DNA of 60,185 bases, filler included, from Nemertoderma westbladi (lineage: Eukaryota; Animalia; Xenacoelomorpha): the NCBI GenBank assembly GCA_032718475.1. It is 3 parts of 3 records of this genome, joined end to end, with 100 filler letters (N's around TTAATTAATTAA, not from the genome) between each part and the next. Parts side by side here need not be neighbours in the genome. Positions count along the whole stretch, not along the records: positions 25,177 to 45,496 come from JAUCBJ010001476.1; positions 45,597 to 60,185 come from JAUCBJ010008995.1; 1 more part is not named here. One strand, written 5' to 3'. Under the pieces are notes generated by a model. It saw nothing but the letters and a program-made list of their open reading frames with translations, searched no databases and was not told the DNA's origin. Each line of letters begins with the position of its first letter. Positions within the stretch are counted from its first letter, which is position 1. The position numbers were made by a program, and so were the translations under genes. Shown here piece by piece: positions 34,532 through 47,715 of the stretch.

Positions 34532-37500
34532 TGTTATATATATTGAAAGGACTATTATTACTCTTAAAACATCAGCATATTATGTGTTTTATAGGGGAGT
34601 AATATCGTTTCCCCCACCTATCAATCTATATATCTTCAGCGCAGATATTCCAACTTCCTGTTCGATTTAATAGACTCAAGGGAGATGAATAGGCTTAAAT
34701 GAATCGGCCTACCAATATGTGATAATTAATTGCGGGCCACCGTAAGGGCAACTTTTTTTAAACACAATTTTATAATATTGGAACTTTGATAACAAAATTT
34801 AAAAGATAAGGTAAATTTATTTTCCGGAAAATAAAAAGTGCCCGGAAAGTTTAAAGGTTGATCGAAATTAAAAACTACTTCGATTTCAGGAATTTTTTTT
34901 TCTTTTCAGAATATTATTTTTTCAAATATCAATTCATGGAAAGTCGCAATGATAACGAGGCCATCCAATTCCCACACCCATACGCTACTATAAGCTCCAG
35001 TTACTGGAAGAATGATAAAGAAACCGGGCGCATGTGGTTCCGCAGTCAGGAACATATTTTTTATATTTTCGTCAGTCTCTTCTTTATTATGATGGACAGA
35101 AAATGTTTTTTTAAATAATTTTAATAAACGTGTTTAATTAATCAATAAAAATTTATTCAAGCTATGAATTAATTTCTGGATATGTTTTTCTGATACCAAA
35201 ATAAAGATTTCCAAAGATATGTGAACGTGAATGGTGAGAAATAACTGATATTTTTGAAAATACGTAATTATGTTTCACATAAAAAATCAAATCAAATCAA
35301 TTATTATTAGTAACAAATTCATAACGTTTCATTGATTCGCAATTTAGTTGTTTCATCATTGGTTTGCCGCTAATTAAACCAGCATTAAGTTGTCATCGTT
35401 ACAGGATTACTATATTAATTGTGCGCGTTATCAATATGTCTATGTTACATTATTGATGTCAGCCTGTATAATTGCCTTTTGTTTGTACACTGTCTGTTTT
35501 GGACAGCATCTGATATATTATTTATAACTAGACTTAGAATCATTAAAAAACTAAGCTTTACAATAGCAATAGGCAGCACGTTAAATAACAAACAACACAA
35601 AAAAAACGATGTAGGCCTAATATGGTGTATATTATATAGCGCTGTTCTGTTTTTGTATGTATGTAGGGCTTACAGTATATTAATTAGGTTAGCTTTTAGT
35701 GGGTTATTAGCCTGTAGCTAGTAATCGTCCTGTAGGCTTACTGTTGTAGGCAGGACTATTTCTTAAAATCGCAACAGTCGTTGCCCGTTCATATTATTAC
35801 GTCCACATTATCATTAAGAATGTAAAGAAATTATTAAAAAAATATATAATGAAACAAAATAAAGCATACAATACAATATGGTTACAGATAGAGATCTATT
35901 CTGATCGATAGGTTTGGTTGTACATAAAATTGGACGGGGTGGCAGAAGTAAAGTAGTATTTGCCGTGGGATGCCTGTGAGATAGTACTTAATACCTAAAG
36001 TAAAATTACTTAATATCCGTTATCCTGTTGCTCTACAGTATTAGCAATTTCTTATTAGAGTCCCTTGAAACTTTTTCACATCAATCTCCTATCTTCGAGA
36101 AAGTAAAAATTAAAAAAAATTAGTTCACGTTCTCAATTTTTTTACATTCGAATAATGATTTCTCTCGAGCTTTTTATTGTTTTGTTTGAAAGAGTAAAGT
36201 AAGAGTTGAGTCTCAAATTTTAGGATCTGGATCCCGAGTAAAAAATGTAGAACAAATGATTCTGCTACTCGTACCGGTAGGCCTACTGATATTTCCGGCA
36301 TATAGTCAAAATACTGTTTTGGCATAGCGGTTTGTGTGGTGCTAACTATTGAACCACCAGTGCATTATATAGAGTAGAGATAGTCTGGGAAGTAATGGGT
36401 GGTCTACCTGCCGCGGATGTACCCGTACGAACAAAGATCCCATGCTACAGTAAGTGTCGTAAAGTTCCTAAGTTCTCACCCACCGTATAAAGCATTGTTA
36501 CCCGCCGCATAAAGTGCTAAAGCATGTTCTACCTACAACTATAGTTACGTATTATTTCCATTTTTCAAATAACCATCGTTCAATGACATTCAATTATAAA
36601 CTAAAATTAATTGTAATAAAACTGCATATTACCTCTCTCTACCTGATTTCAATAATATACTATTGGTCGGAAGCTAAAAAGTAAGTTATATATTGGTATA
36701 CTTTGCTCCCGGCTGCCCGGTATAAAGGACTAATTACTAATTTATCGAGTCGCATTATTTATAATTAGAATGCGGCTTCCGGCTTCCGGCGAAATTCACT
36801 TCAGTGAGTCAGTGGAATAAATTCATAAATAAATAATAAAATTAAAACAGTCAGGTAGGGAAATAAAATATAATAATATTTGATTGCGATGATGTTCGAG
36901 TAGGTTAGGCTACCGTAGGTGCTTCGCGTTTGTACATTTATTATTATAACGTAAAATATACAAAATAGCAACAAAATATGTAATAAAAAATCGCAATATA
37001 TTTAACACCGGAGCAGTTCATTAATAAGCCGCTTTGGACGTTTTAGTTGCGATCGCTAGGTGAGTCCGAGAATAAAAAGAGATTGAATTTAGCGCTAAGA
37101 ATACTAAAACTGATACTAAGTTAAGTTTACAGTGTGAATGATTATCAAAACATTAATCACTATGTTATAATTTCAACTATCTGTACAGTGTACAGTATAC
37201 AGTATAAATATATTCGACAAACACCAGGCAGATTGAAGTAGATTGCTTCTTGAATCTTGGTGGATAGGCCTACTCTGAAATAGGGCAAATTGTCGATTTT
37301 CAACTGTCGGTCTCGTTTAGTTTACCCAAATTCCACTCGCTTTGCTAGTGAAATAAACAAACTGGGATTTAAATACAAATACTTTGGTCGTAATATAATA
37401 AACAATTTAACATATTTAATTATTATTGTTAAAAATCATGTTATATTTATGCTGCAGCCCTAAGTGTAAAATATCTGTTAGATTAATGAATTAGTTCGCT

Positions 37501-37766
37501 TCTTTAGTTAAATAATTATTTGATATAGAAAATATAAACTGTATAGGGTAAATAATGGATCAATTAATTTGGTACCATAATGGTGACTTACTGTTACTAT
37601 TAGTGGCGAATGGCAATCCCAACCTGATGAAATATATCATGAAATGTCTTTTAATTCCAATTGCTTTAAATTATAGGCCTGCAGTAGTAAAGTAGATAGG
37701 GTTAAATGACAGTTTTAGTTGAGATAAAGCCATCCCTAACTTAGTCTAAATCGTGAACAAATTACC

Positions 37767-38067
37767 AACGTTCGTGGGGCGACGCGCAGCACGCGAACTT
37801 GAGCAAGTTCGCAACAGGTTCGATTTGATCTGGAGTCAAAGGTGCGAGAGGTATGTGCCCGTAACTTTCAAAAATATTGGAACTTTTTCTCTACTATGCC
37901 CATACAAAATTTGGTTGAAAATGGTTAAAATCTTCAAAAGTTATTTACCAATGAATTTTTCAGTACAGACGGACAGACATACAAACAGACGGACGTGAAA
38001 TTTTACCCTATTTACAAATTATAATTGTGCGCTAAGGCTCGCCCTGACTGCGTGGCTAGCCCCACAT
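37767..38067 (+). mobile_element. DINE-1/HINE-like non-autonomous element
   Basis: Same termini as 25723-26202, with an internal CAGACGGACAGACA microsatellite. Confidence 0.6.
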
Positions 38068-39739
38068 GGTACTAAATACTGCATGTTTGAGACTGATACA
38101 GTATCATAAAATGGAAGGAAGGTACTCAGTGTGCCAAAGTACAGTAATTAGACAATTTAGTCTTACAGTAGAACATAATAGGTTTATGTATCTATGATTA
38201 ACTATGATTAATTTTGATTCCGTTGTATGTAATGCAAGTTATTATAAAGATCACAATTTAATAATATAAACCTTAGTTTGCCTTAACTGTTTAACCAGCA
38301 GAATTTACTGTTTTTTAATGTATTGGTGTAAAACTGCTGCAAATATCTACTTAGATAATTTATGATACAATAGGCGCTTTCTTTTCGAATTGATTCTTTT
38401 AAAATGGCGGTCTCCACCATTAAACTAAAAGTTACTATTATGCAGCAACTTTGTTTAGCGTTATATAAGTTTATGCCTTCGTATTTTCCAGATTAAATTG
38501 ATGGCGTCTGTTGTGTTATAGAGCAATCTAATGCAGATTATAGATACTGTCATATTATAATGCGTATATTATTCATAATAATAATAAACTTAATTTAGCG
38601 AAACATTTTAGTTATTATAAATGTTTTAACATTATTATATTATTACAGATATCATGTGAAACATTACTTCTCTCCTTCCATTACTTTCTCTCATTACTTC
38701 TTTCTTAAAAACGCAACCATACTGTAGTAAGCATAACACTCCATTACTCTCTAAAACATAAATGTTCTGTTCTATTGACTTTAGTTTATTGTTTTGGTTA
38801 GAACATCATGCCACGTGCGTCGCCTGCTCCTTTGATAATTTAACATTGACATATCTTAATTGATAATTTAGCCCCCCCCCCCCCCCCCCTTTTTTTTTTC
38901 TATCATTTCGAACGGTTGGTGAACAGTACAAATTTTACGGATAACTTTATATCTTTAACATCCTACGGAAACTGTGTTTGAGAAAAATTCAATGTTTTTT
39001 TTACATGTACTACATTAGGCTAGGCCTACGTCATTTGATCGACGTACACTAATTCCAGAAACCCAGTTGATTTTTCACTCACAAAGTGTCAAAATGTATG
39101 TTATATTATAACTTGAAATGTACAAACGTATTAATAGTGGGGCCAACTGGGAAAAATTGATTTTACAAACCACCGTTTTAGGAATAAATATTGGACTTTA
39201 TTCCTACATAAACTAGGTTGAAAGATTATTTTCTTCAAACATATACTTATAATACTATTCACCAGCTATCTGTGATCGCTCAGCAGTCGCATTTCGTTGT
39301 ATTTCTGGAATATAGACATACTGGTTCATAACCATGAAACGTCTAATGAAAAATGAAAACCAACAGTTATTTTTCTTATTTACCCCTTGTTGAATAATTA
39401 ACAATATCTCTCACCATCACCTGATGGTTGTTTAGCTTTACTTCAATCTATAATTCATATATTTAATCCAGTTCTTTAACTATTTCACTATTTTTGGTAT
39501 ATGAACTTGAAAGGTTTAGTCTCCAGAAAACATTATTATTTTTATATTAAGTTCCTATAAATAGTGGATAAAAGCAGGGGCATCATATGAATCGAATTTA
39601 AAATTTTCTACCGCAAATTGAACATTTCAGGTTTAGATCTGATTCCATTACACCATGACACGTAATAAACAGTTAGTATAATTTTCTGGCTGACCCCTCC
39701 CTAAGTATGGCCCCTACACTAATGGGACCATCTTAATAA

Positions 39740-40280
39740 AGATGGTATGATGGTAACACCCCCTAATGACTGGCACAAGAAGTAGAGGAAATCCTGCAAA
39801 ATACTAGACATTGCTGATGACTTAGAGCTACTGTCAGAATCACTAGATGGAGCCCAAAGGCACCTCTGCCCATTAGAGCATGTTTCCTCTAGTGTTGGTC
39901 TATTGCCAAGAAGACCAAAATTATGGCAGCTAACCTTGACAGCCGTCAATAAATGTCTGATCGTAGGGGCATTACCTCTACTGTATGGCTTCTTAAGCAT
40001 GTGGATTACTTCTGCTACTTGGGATCATGGATCCGAAAGTCTGTTGAATACCTTCGTAAAAGTAAGGGGGCGGCATTGAATAGACTGTTTAGGAATTAGT
40101 CCCATATAAAAAACGGAATTTCAAGGTTATATTATTTAGGGCAGCAGTAGAACAAGTGCTGTTATAGGTTGCTGATTTCTAACTCAGGAGGATGCCAAAT
40201 CTCTGGGTGGCACTTATATTAGATGCTACGCTGGGTTCATTATGGGTGATACGCAGTTGTGGCGGCGCAATTTTTATCGA
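39740..40280 (+). mobile_element. highly degenerate RTE-like LINE fragment
   Basis: ADDLELLSESLDGAQ and VDYFCYLGSWI motifs, with stops and frameshifts. Confidence 0.6.
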
Positions 40281-41147
40281 CAAGCCGGCACAGCATTCTT
40301 AATATATATGTTATATACATCAGGCCGGTAGAAGTACTGTAGCAGTAGTAGTACCAACGGTGACAAACTGATACCAAACTTCCAAATCATGAGATTTTAT
40401 GAAATTTGAAACTGAGATAGTCTCACCTCCCTGCTCTCTCCTCCTTACTGTGTGAGAAAGAATTTTCGGATTAAAGAATTAAAAGTGTCGCCGTTGATAC
40501 TGTATTACACCATAATACATCATGCGCCTGCAATATTGGAACGGCCATATCTCAGCTGTTTCACAATGCGGATTCGACCCCGCAATTCACACGTCTTGCG
40601 TGAATATTTTATCTTAAACACGTATTGTAAGTCTGTTAGTAAATCAAATGTGGAATATGTTTGTCGAACGGGTTGTACAGTACAGTATGTTAACTTTTCG
40701 AAGGTCTTAGAAATATAACCCCTGCGAAACTGGGTTGAAATTGGTCAATAAAGACTTTATTAAAACGATTCCTATTTTCGGCAAATAAGAAATAAACGTC
40801 CATTTTCTTATAAACATTGGGAGAGACTGCTGTATTGCACGTTTACACTAGTCACAGTCGGCAAAATAGTAATACTGTAATAGAATACATAATTTTTTAA
40901 TTATTGCATTCTCAGTATTTATCACGACTGATGTGTCACAGCTAGATAAAATTTATAACGTTACAATATACATTCAGCCCCAGTACCATTGTATTTATAC
41001 AATATATTCATGTATAATATATATATATACTGTATATACAGTACGTAGATAATATGTAAAGTATGAGAATTGGTACAAAAAGTGAAGTAAAGGAAAATAC
41101 GTTATAATAAAATATTATTAAATCGATAATTTAATATTATTTGTCAA

Positions 41148-41325
41148 TTAAATTGCAAACATATGTGTAACAAATTCCGAGTATCTTATACCCCCATCAT
41201 CATTAACTTCAGCAACTCTTAGGAACTCGTCCATTTCTTCATCTGTAAACCCCTCGCACATATTGCTAAGTAAATTACGCATGACCTTAGCTTCAACATA
41301 GCCCGTGTCCATTTTATCGAAAACT
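41148..41325 (-). CDS. calmodulin-like/myosin light chain-like EF-hand pair, terminal exon
   Basis: Encodes (AFR)VFDKMDTGYVEAKVMRNLLSNMCEGFTDEEMDEFLRVAEVNDDGGIRYSEFVTHMFAI*, collinear with the calmodulin C-lobe. Exon starts at 41325 or 41355 depending on the acceptor. Confidence 0.85.
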
Positions 41326-42059
41326 CTAAAAGCAAATGATTTATACTTAATCGAACTGTATTATAGTGAATAATGTCGCAACGAATATAAATAAATGCAC
41401 AAAGCGAATAATCTCATGAAACAATACAAAGTAAAACACAGAATTACCTACATTTTACGACCTCTTAGTTAGCAAACACGCTGTAAAGGGGGGGGGGGGG
41501 GGGGGGGGTGGGGGTAGGAGGGTAGAGGGGGATGGGAGACAATATTTACAGATGGCCCATAAGTATTATAATCATGTAAATTGATAATGTACATTATAGT
41601 GTTGTTATTTGTGGTCAATCATAAATAAACAGAAGCAAACGCACGTGATTGACGGATTAAAAGTGAGGGCATGTTGAATGTCAAATTTGAAGGGGTCTGA
41701 ACTTGAATTTCATTTAGTAGTAGCCCTTTCGCACATTGTTTCAGAAAGTTTCACCTTTTTTGCATTACGTCGAAATTATTTGACTTAATTGAGCCCGTAT
41801 GAGAATATACTGTATTACAGTTAATAGAGTCACGCCATGGAATTTCGATATCTAGAAGAACACTGCTGGTTACTCAAACATGTCCAGAGTTCATATTATG
41901 TTATAATGACGAATGCACAAAACATAGAGGAAGGTTGTAATCACAAAAGCAAACAGTCGGCCGAAGCCGGCGGCGAGCCAAACTCTACTCTTTCGATAGC
42001 TGCTACCCGAAGGTACTGAGGGGTGGGCGCTACTCCTATCCAAATTTGGCCTTTTTGCC

Positions 42060-42150
42060 AGTAATTGAACTGTCATCAATTTATCGACCCCAAGGGATGA
42101 AATGAAAGGCTGAGAGGTCAATAAGCGGGTCTCGAACCTGCAACCTATTG
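42060..42150 (-). mobile_element. SINE fragment (B-box plus conserved central-domain-like sequence)
   Basis: Minus strand reads GCAGGTTCGAGACCC...CTCAGCCTTTCATTTCATCCCTTGGGGTCGATAAATTGA, resembling central domains of metazoan tRNA-derived SINEs. Confidence 0.55.
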
Positions 42151-42234
42151 ATTTATTATTGGTATTTTGGGTGAATGAGAGGTTTTCATATTATTATAAC
42201 TTTTTGTTAGGCACAGCTACGCAAAGTCGGCAAT

Positions 42235-42307
42235 GACGTGCAGGTGGGATCGAACTGGTGACCTCCGGGTTTGAAGTCTGACGCTCTAACCATTCAGCTA
42301 GCGGCTA
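42235..42307 (-). mobile_element. tRNA-derived SINE head or tRNA pseudogene
   Basis: TAGCTGAATGGTTAGAGCG (A box) ... AGTTCGATCCC (B box). Stems are imperfect. Confidence 0.6.
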
Positions 42308-44335
42308 AACCTATTGCTTGTAAGCACGGCGCTCTATAGAATGAGCTAGCCACGACTTTATTTTTTATAAAAGGTTGGTAAAGACTGATTCAAAGGATAG
42401 TAATGAATATAAGAAATAAATTTCTTTGTGTCGAGAAATGTGATGAAAAACTTGAAGTTAATACCTTGTCTCAATGATAAATGATGTTTGATTATTATGA
42501 TAAATTATAAGTGGCATGTTATTATAACCAAAACAATAAACCAAAGACAACAGCACAGGTTACAGTTTCATTTTGGGAATAAACAGCTGACAGTAATTAA
42601 TTTTGATAAGAAAACAAATTTTCGTATTTCGAATTGTACTAGGCCTATGTATATTAGCCATGTAATTTGCCAAAGTATATATGTTAACAGATCATTCAAC
42701 TTTTGCACTATATTATATTGAACTTAATTAAATAAATAACTGCCCCCAGGGAAGGTTAATCAACTCTGCTGTAATATTTATGATGTGGTGGAGGGTTAGA
42801 TTTATTCTTAAGTTAATTATTTACATAGAGGGTATTAAATCGATTTTATGTAATTTATTATCATGAGTAAATAATTAATTGTTCTCTTACTTAATATATT
42901 ATTGGTTAATAAAATATTAATAACATTATCAAACAAATTTTTCTTTTATATCGAACAATAAGAATAATTAATATTTGTATTTCGTATCAAAATAATAATT
43001 TTTGTAAGCTTTTTTAAGTTTGAATAATCAAATAATTTATTCAGATAAAAGTTTTATATACAGGGAAATGTTTACCATAATTATTGCAAAATAAAATTGC
43101 GTCAATAGACCCCCCCCCCCCCCCCCGCCCCACCCTGACTCAGCCCTGTCTCCGAATTATAACCTTATAGTGCGCAGTGATATATTTTATAAATAAATCT
43201 ATTCTACGAAACTTTTACTCGTTTTGACGTTTTGAAAAACTCAATGGCCCAAAAATTACCAAATATATATTTTTTATTATATTTCGCTAGTAGTATATGG
43301 GCCATGGTTAAATTATCCAATAATAAATTCCATGGTCATACATCAGATGGCGTTTAAATTATAATTTAATTTATATACATAACTATAACTATAAAATTGT
43401 GGTAGCTAAGGGGCCACATTGTAGCTTCTGGGCCATAGTGAATATATTCTTAGTCCCATTTAGGCCTTCTAGTAGCATAAAGGCCACGTAAATAATATAT
43501 GTAGCCCCAGGGCCAATTTGCAGCAATTGGGCCGCCAAATTTCAGAATGGCCTTTGATAAAATAGGCCACTTGGTAGCGAATAGGCCTGAAAAATATATT
43601 TCCTGAATGCGAATGGGCCACTGGAGTTATACATATGGCCCGCATGATACAAGGAATATCTATATATATATATGGTACATAAACAAAATACAGTTCTACA
43701 GTAGAATACGGTGTTCTTATTTAATAGAATAAAACAGCCTCGCGCAGGTGCAAAACCATGAAACTTTTGAAGGTCTGATATATCTCAGCAGTCTAACTGG
43801 TGCAATATCGCCTGACGCACCTTTTTCAAAAGCTTGTAGCTAAAAATTGAAAACAAAAATAAAATTCTGTGTAACCCACAGAGGAGTAGGTGTGCAACTA
43901 TCCCTGTTACTGTGTCTCTGTAACGTGCTCCTTTCCCTTAATCGAGATATTCGTACATTCGGCACTTCGTCCCGGGCGTGTTTTTGGAAAGATAACAATA
44001 TCAGACGTACAGTAGCGATTGAAAATATACGATTTAAAATATTTCCCGAAGAAAGAACAATAAATTTTATAGCGATAAAAAGTGATGAGTAATTTAGTAA
44101 AAATTAAAAATCGAATTATTGTTCCATCAGTTTAAACTTAGGTTGTTCTGTTAACAACCATTGTTTGTTTGCCAAATGGAAACTTGTTTGTTACATAACT
44201 TTTGAACTTTCTGGACATTTCATTTTAGATAAAAGGTACAGTACTTTATACTGCACTTACAGTATGCCGTCCAGCAGTAGTAGGCCTACATGTACTACTG
44301 AACTACTGGGCCTAGCGCTAGCAGGAGGACTATGG

Positions 44336-44465
44336 GTGTCGTCGCGTTACGGCTACTGTCGCGTTACGGCTAATTTTTTGGGAGAGTAGCCGTAACTCGA
44401 AATTCAAAATCGCGGTACGGCTACTCAAAAACTCGCGCTACGGCTAATTGTCGCATTACGGTTAA
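44336..44465. repeat. cluster of TCGCGTTACGGCTA repeats in both orientations, probably a DNA transposon end
   Basis: Five direct copies and one inverted copy (TAGCCGTAACTCGA). Confidence 0.55.
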
Positions 44466-45070
44466 TCTATTGTCTTTTCCGGGAATTTTTCCGCGCTGTT
44501 TTTATCGAGCTTTTCTTAGATACTAGAACAATTTATATTCAAAGCTTCAAGATGAATGTGAGAACTTTGAAATATTAAAACAGAAAATATCAAAAAGCTC
44601 CAAAAAAAGGTAATATTAAGCTTGGAGAAAAGCTCAGAGACGCACTGAAAACCTCATATAAAAAAGCAAGATCGAATTTTGACAAAATTATGATTCTACA
44701 CATAAATTAACTATAAATAGAAAGACATTAATTAATATTGCGTATAGTTCTAGCTTTGGGATTAATTACTTTAAAAGTAAGTTGGTTCCTAAACAATCGT
44801 ACTTAACTTTAACCGATAAATTTAATTAACTTTACCAAGTGACAACTAAGATATACGCCGATGAAATAAGGGAACCAATCGATGATTGGCATATTTATCA
44901 TTAAACAAGAGAAGAGCGTAAATCTTATTTCAGATACCATATAATTATTACTATTAATTAGTAAAATAAATTGAAACATTGTGTTCACAGTAGCACAATC
45001 AACTTGAAACGCAATAAAGTCATTGACGATAATGGCTATGAAAGCGATAATGTTTGTGACAGCATTCAGG

Positions 45071-45284
45071 TTACACACTTGGGAAGAGGTCAAGTTCAAT
45101 AGCTCCATCACCTTTATTACGAGCCAGCCATCGGTTGCATGGGAAGATGGTCGTATGCTCGTTCATCGTAACTTCTACTTTATTAAGATGCCACCCTGGA
45201 CCTCCACCAGCATTATCATGTCGAATGTGCAACTTGTAAAGATTTCCCAGATCATTGAGAATCAATAATTGAAACACATCGATT
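45071..45284 (-). CDS. PLAT/LH2-domain protein (LOXHD1-type repeat), terminal exon
   Basis: ttctatag|A ATC GAT acceptor. Encodes DVF...DLGNLYKLHIRHDNAGGGPGWHLNKVEV...FPCNRWLARNKGDGAIELDL*. The rest of the gene is in or beyond the gap. Confidence 0.88.
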
Positions 45285-45496
45285 CTATAGAATAATAAAA
45301 TGCGTAAAAATATAAGAAATTGCAATACTAACGGCATTCAAAATATTTACAGAATATTAACAATCATAATAATATATTGTTTCCACTGTCAATAGATTCT
45401 TTTTACATTAATTTCTGGTTCCCTCGAGTTCCTAGTTAATAATGATATTAAACAGTCAATAGTTATGACTATAGATGTATTAGGGCTAGTAGTAGG

Positions 45497-45596
45497 NNNN
45501 NNNNNNNNNNNNNNNNNNNNNNNNNNNNNNNNNNNNNNNNTTAATTAATTAANNNNNNNNNNNNNNNNNNNNNNNNNNNNNNNNNNNNNNNNNNNN
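45497..45596. other. assembly gap/contig spacer
   Basis: 44 N + TTAATTAATTAA + 44 N. Confidence 0.98.
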
Positions 45597-47357
45597 AGGT
45601 ACCGGTCCGGATGATCAGGCAGTCAGGCCTACTGGTTACCGGTCGACCGGTACTTTCGACTTTATTGCTTACTGCAATAAAGAAGCTATATCCTTTAATG
45701 TTCGCGCTTTCAGACCTTTGGCAGTTTAACCCGCCAAATTAGAATGTCTTCTAGATAATAAATCGCTTTTTAGTCTATGACAAGTATTTGATTCACTACA
45801 CTAGTCGAAACCAATCCGTGCGCGACCATTCACCCGCTGGATATTCCCGGGAGATTGGGTTCGACGGTTTAATTTTTATTGCTATGTAAGCCTAATGTAT
45901 TATTCGACTGACAGTAATATATAATCTCTGACAATATTATTCACCTTCGGTAATATTAACAGTTCCTTTAGGACGTGGCGCTTTATCTATATAAACAGAG
46001 TTATGACTTAAACTACTCACAACGATATGGCTTAATTATAATTCACATATATGGCGCATTCTTTAGGAATTGCTTCTTTAACAGACTCACTCATACACAA
46101 TGCTGCACAATACTGCACACTAATCTGCCAATCTTCACTGATTTTAGTCACATATAAAAGGAACACAGACTGAATCATGTAGGGTCTATCAAATAACATT
46201 AGATTCACTTCAAACCACTTTAACATAAGTCACAATCGTTTATTTGTAACCCTTCTCTCTTACCTTCGGTATATCAAGAATATTGGGTTTAGGGGTTGTT
46301 TATCGTTATTCCAAATATAATTATTCATCAACCATATTATGAAGAACTGACGGTAAATAGCAGTATAAAACAACAATGAAAACACTGATTGTTATGAGTT
46401 TGCAATGTTTCAGCAGTCAGCATGTATGATCAGTCAGCAGTCATCAGTTAAAGGATATATGCCCTTTATAATTAAACCTACTAGTGTACGACTAAAAAGC
46501 AGTACAGCACAAAATACTTCCAAGCCGTTCTTTCTTTGGCTCAAGACTGAATGTAAACACTGCACATAGGCATTGCGTCATTTCTCGGAAATTTTCTGTA
46601 CAAGGAGCCACAAAAACGCTCTCATTGGCTGACTGAACTGAGAGACGCCGTAGAACAAAGGAAATCAACACGTATGAATGTCAGCTGTTAACCGTAGTCA
46701 TAGTAACTACTGTTCAAGAGTAGCTATCACCCCTTTGCGTCACGAATTGCCATAGAATCACAAAATATGCCTTTCACAGTACACATACGGAGGAAATAGG
46801 TCTTAGATCCTCTAAAAACACCGATACAGCAATAATACGGTCTCTTACACTTATTAAATCAACTACAGAGTATTTTAATGTAAAAGATAATAAAAATAAC
46901 GGGGCAATTCAGCAAAGGCTTTTACAGCAGCTGCAATGTGAAGCTGGATCTCACACTGGTCTATGGCAATATAAAGGACCAATCATTCCGTGGCATGGTC
47001 GATTTCTTAGTTCTGCTATAGCGGAAACTAAGTCCTACCAGTCTATAGTCTAAGTCTTACTTTAGCCCAAATAAGACAATGATGACGGGTACATAACATG
47101 AGGAGACGGGGGGGGGGGGAACTCGACGCAAAACCCGCCTTGGCGAAATAATATCCCGCCGCAATGTTAAATTCTCAATTTAGAGAAAAGAGCAGGTTAC
47201 AGTGGCACGTTATTTTAACCAAAACAATAAACTAAATACAGGTTACAGTTTTATTTTTGAGAGTAATCATCTGTTATTTGCGTCAAATTTCCCCTGGAGA
47301 GGGATAACTTTTATTGCGTCCAGTCCCCCCCCCCCCCCCCCCCCCCCCCCTATCTGA

Positions 47358-47715
47358 AGATGCGACAACTGGTTCTCTGAGGGGCCGTAGATTGTGATTC
47401 AGATCCGCAGCCGACGGCGGCGGCGGTATAACCTAGGTTGGTTACTACCACACCGGTTGGCAGCATTATGTGTCAGGTTTCGGTGATTTGGAGTCGGACT
47501 TTTTTCTAGGTTTGGCTAATATACACGAATTTACCAAAGATGGTGTCATACCGATGGTCGATCCCTGGTACCAAGGCGAACGAAGACAAACTTCCAATCT
47601 AAACGGCGTCTATGGTGGAGTTGATACGAAGGGACCTTATTGGTTAACATTCACTGACCCTCACATCTTCGTACAAATGGATTATGTAAAGATGAAAATA
47701 AAACTTCTGGATTGA
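47358..47715 (+). pseudogene. fibrinogen-related domain (FReD) pseudogene
   Basis: RCDNWFSEGP*IVIQIR has a stop in place of the conserved Trp. A frameshift follows, then WQHYVSGFGDLESDFFLGLANIH joined almost directly to WY...SNLNGVY...MKIK, with the middle of the domain absent. Confidence 0.7.

Noticed and set aside
41448-41482. Micro-exon upstream of the EF-hand exon (poly-C tract, tttacag, gtaggt)
   Set aside because: Stop codons in all three frames.
42235-42307. tRNA with UCA anticodon (Sec or suppressor)
   Set aside because: Anticodon and acceptor stems pair poorly and there is no long variable arm; better explained as a SINE head.
43290-43645. GGCC recurring every ~16-32 bp
   Set aside because: Spacing is irregular with no definable unit; most likely a decayed repeat.
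16022-45000. MBNL ZnF1 first coding exon
   Set aside because: Looked for WLxLEVCREF and ACFDS-like coding sequence by eye and did not find it; probably in or beyond the gap.
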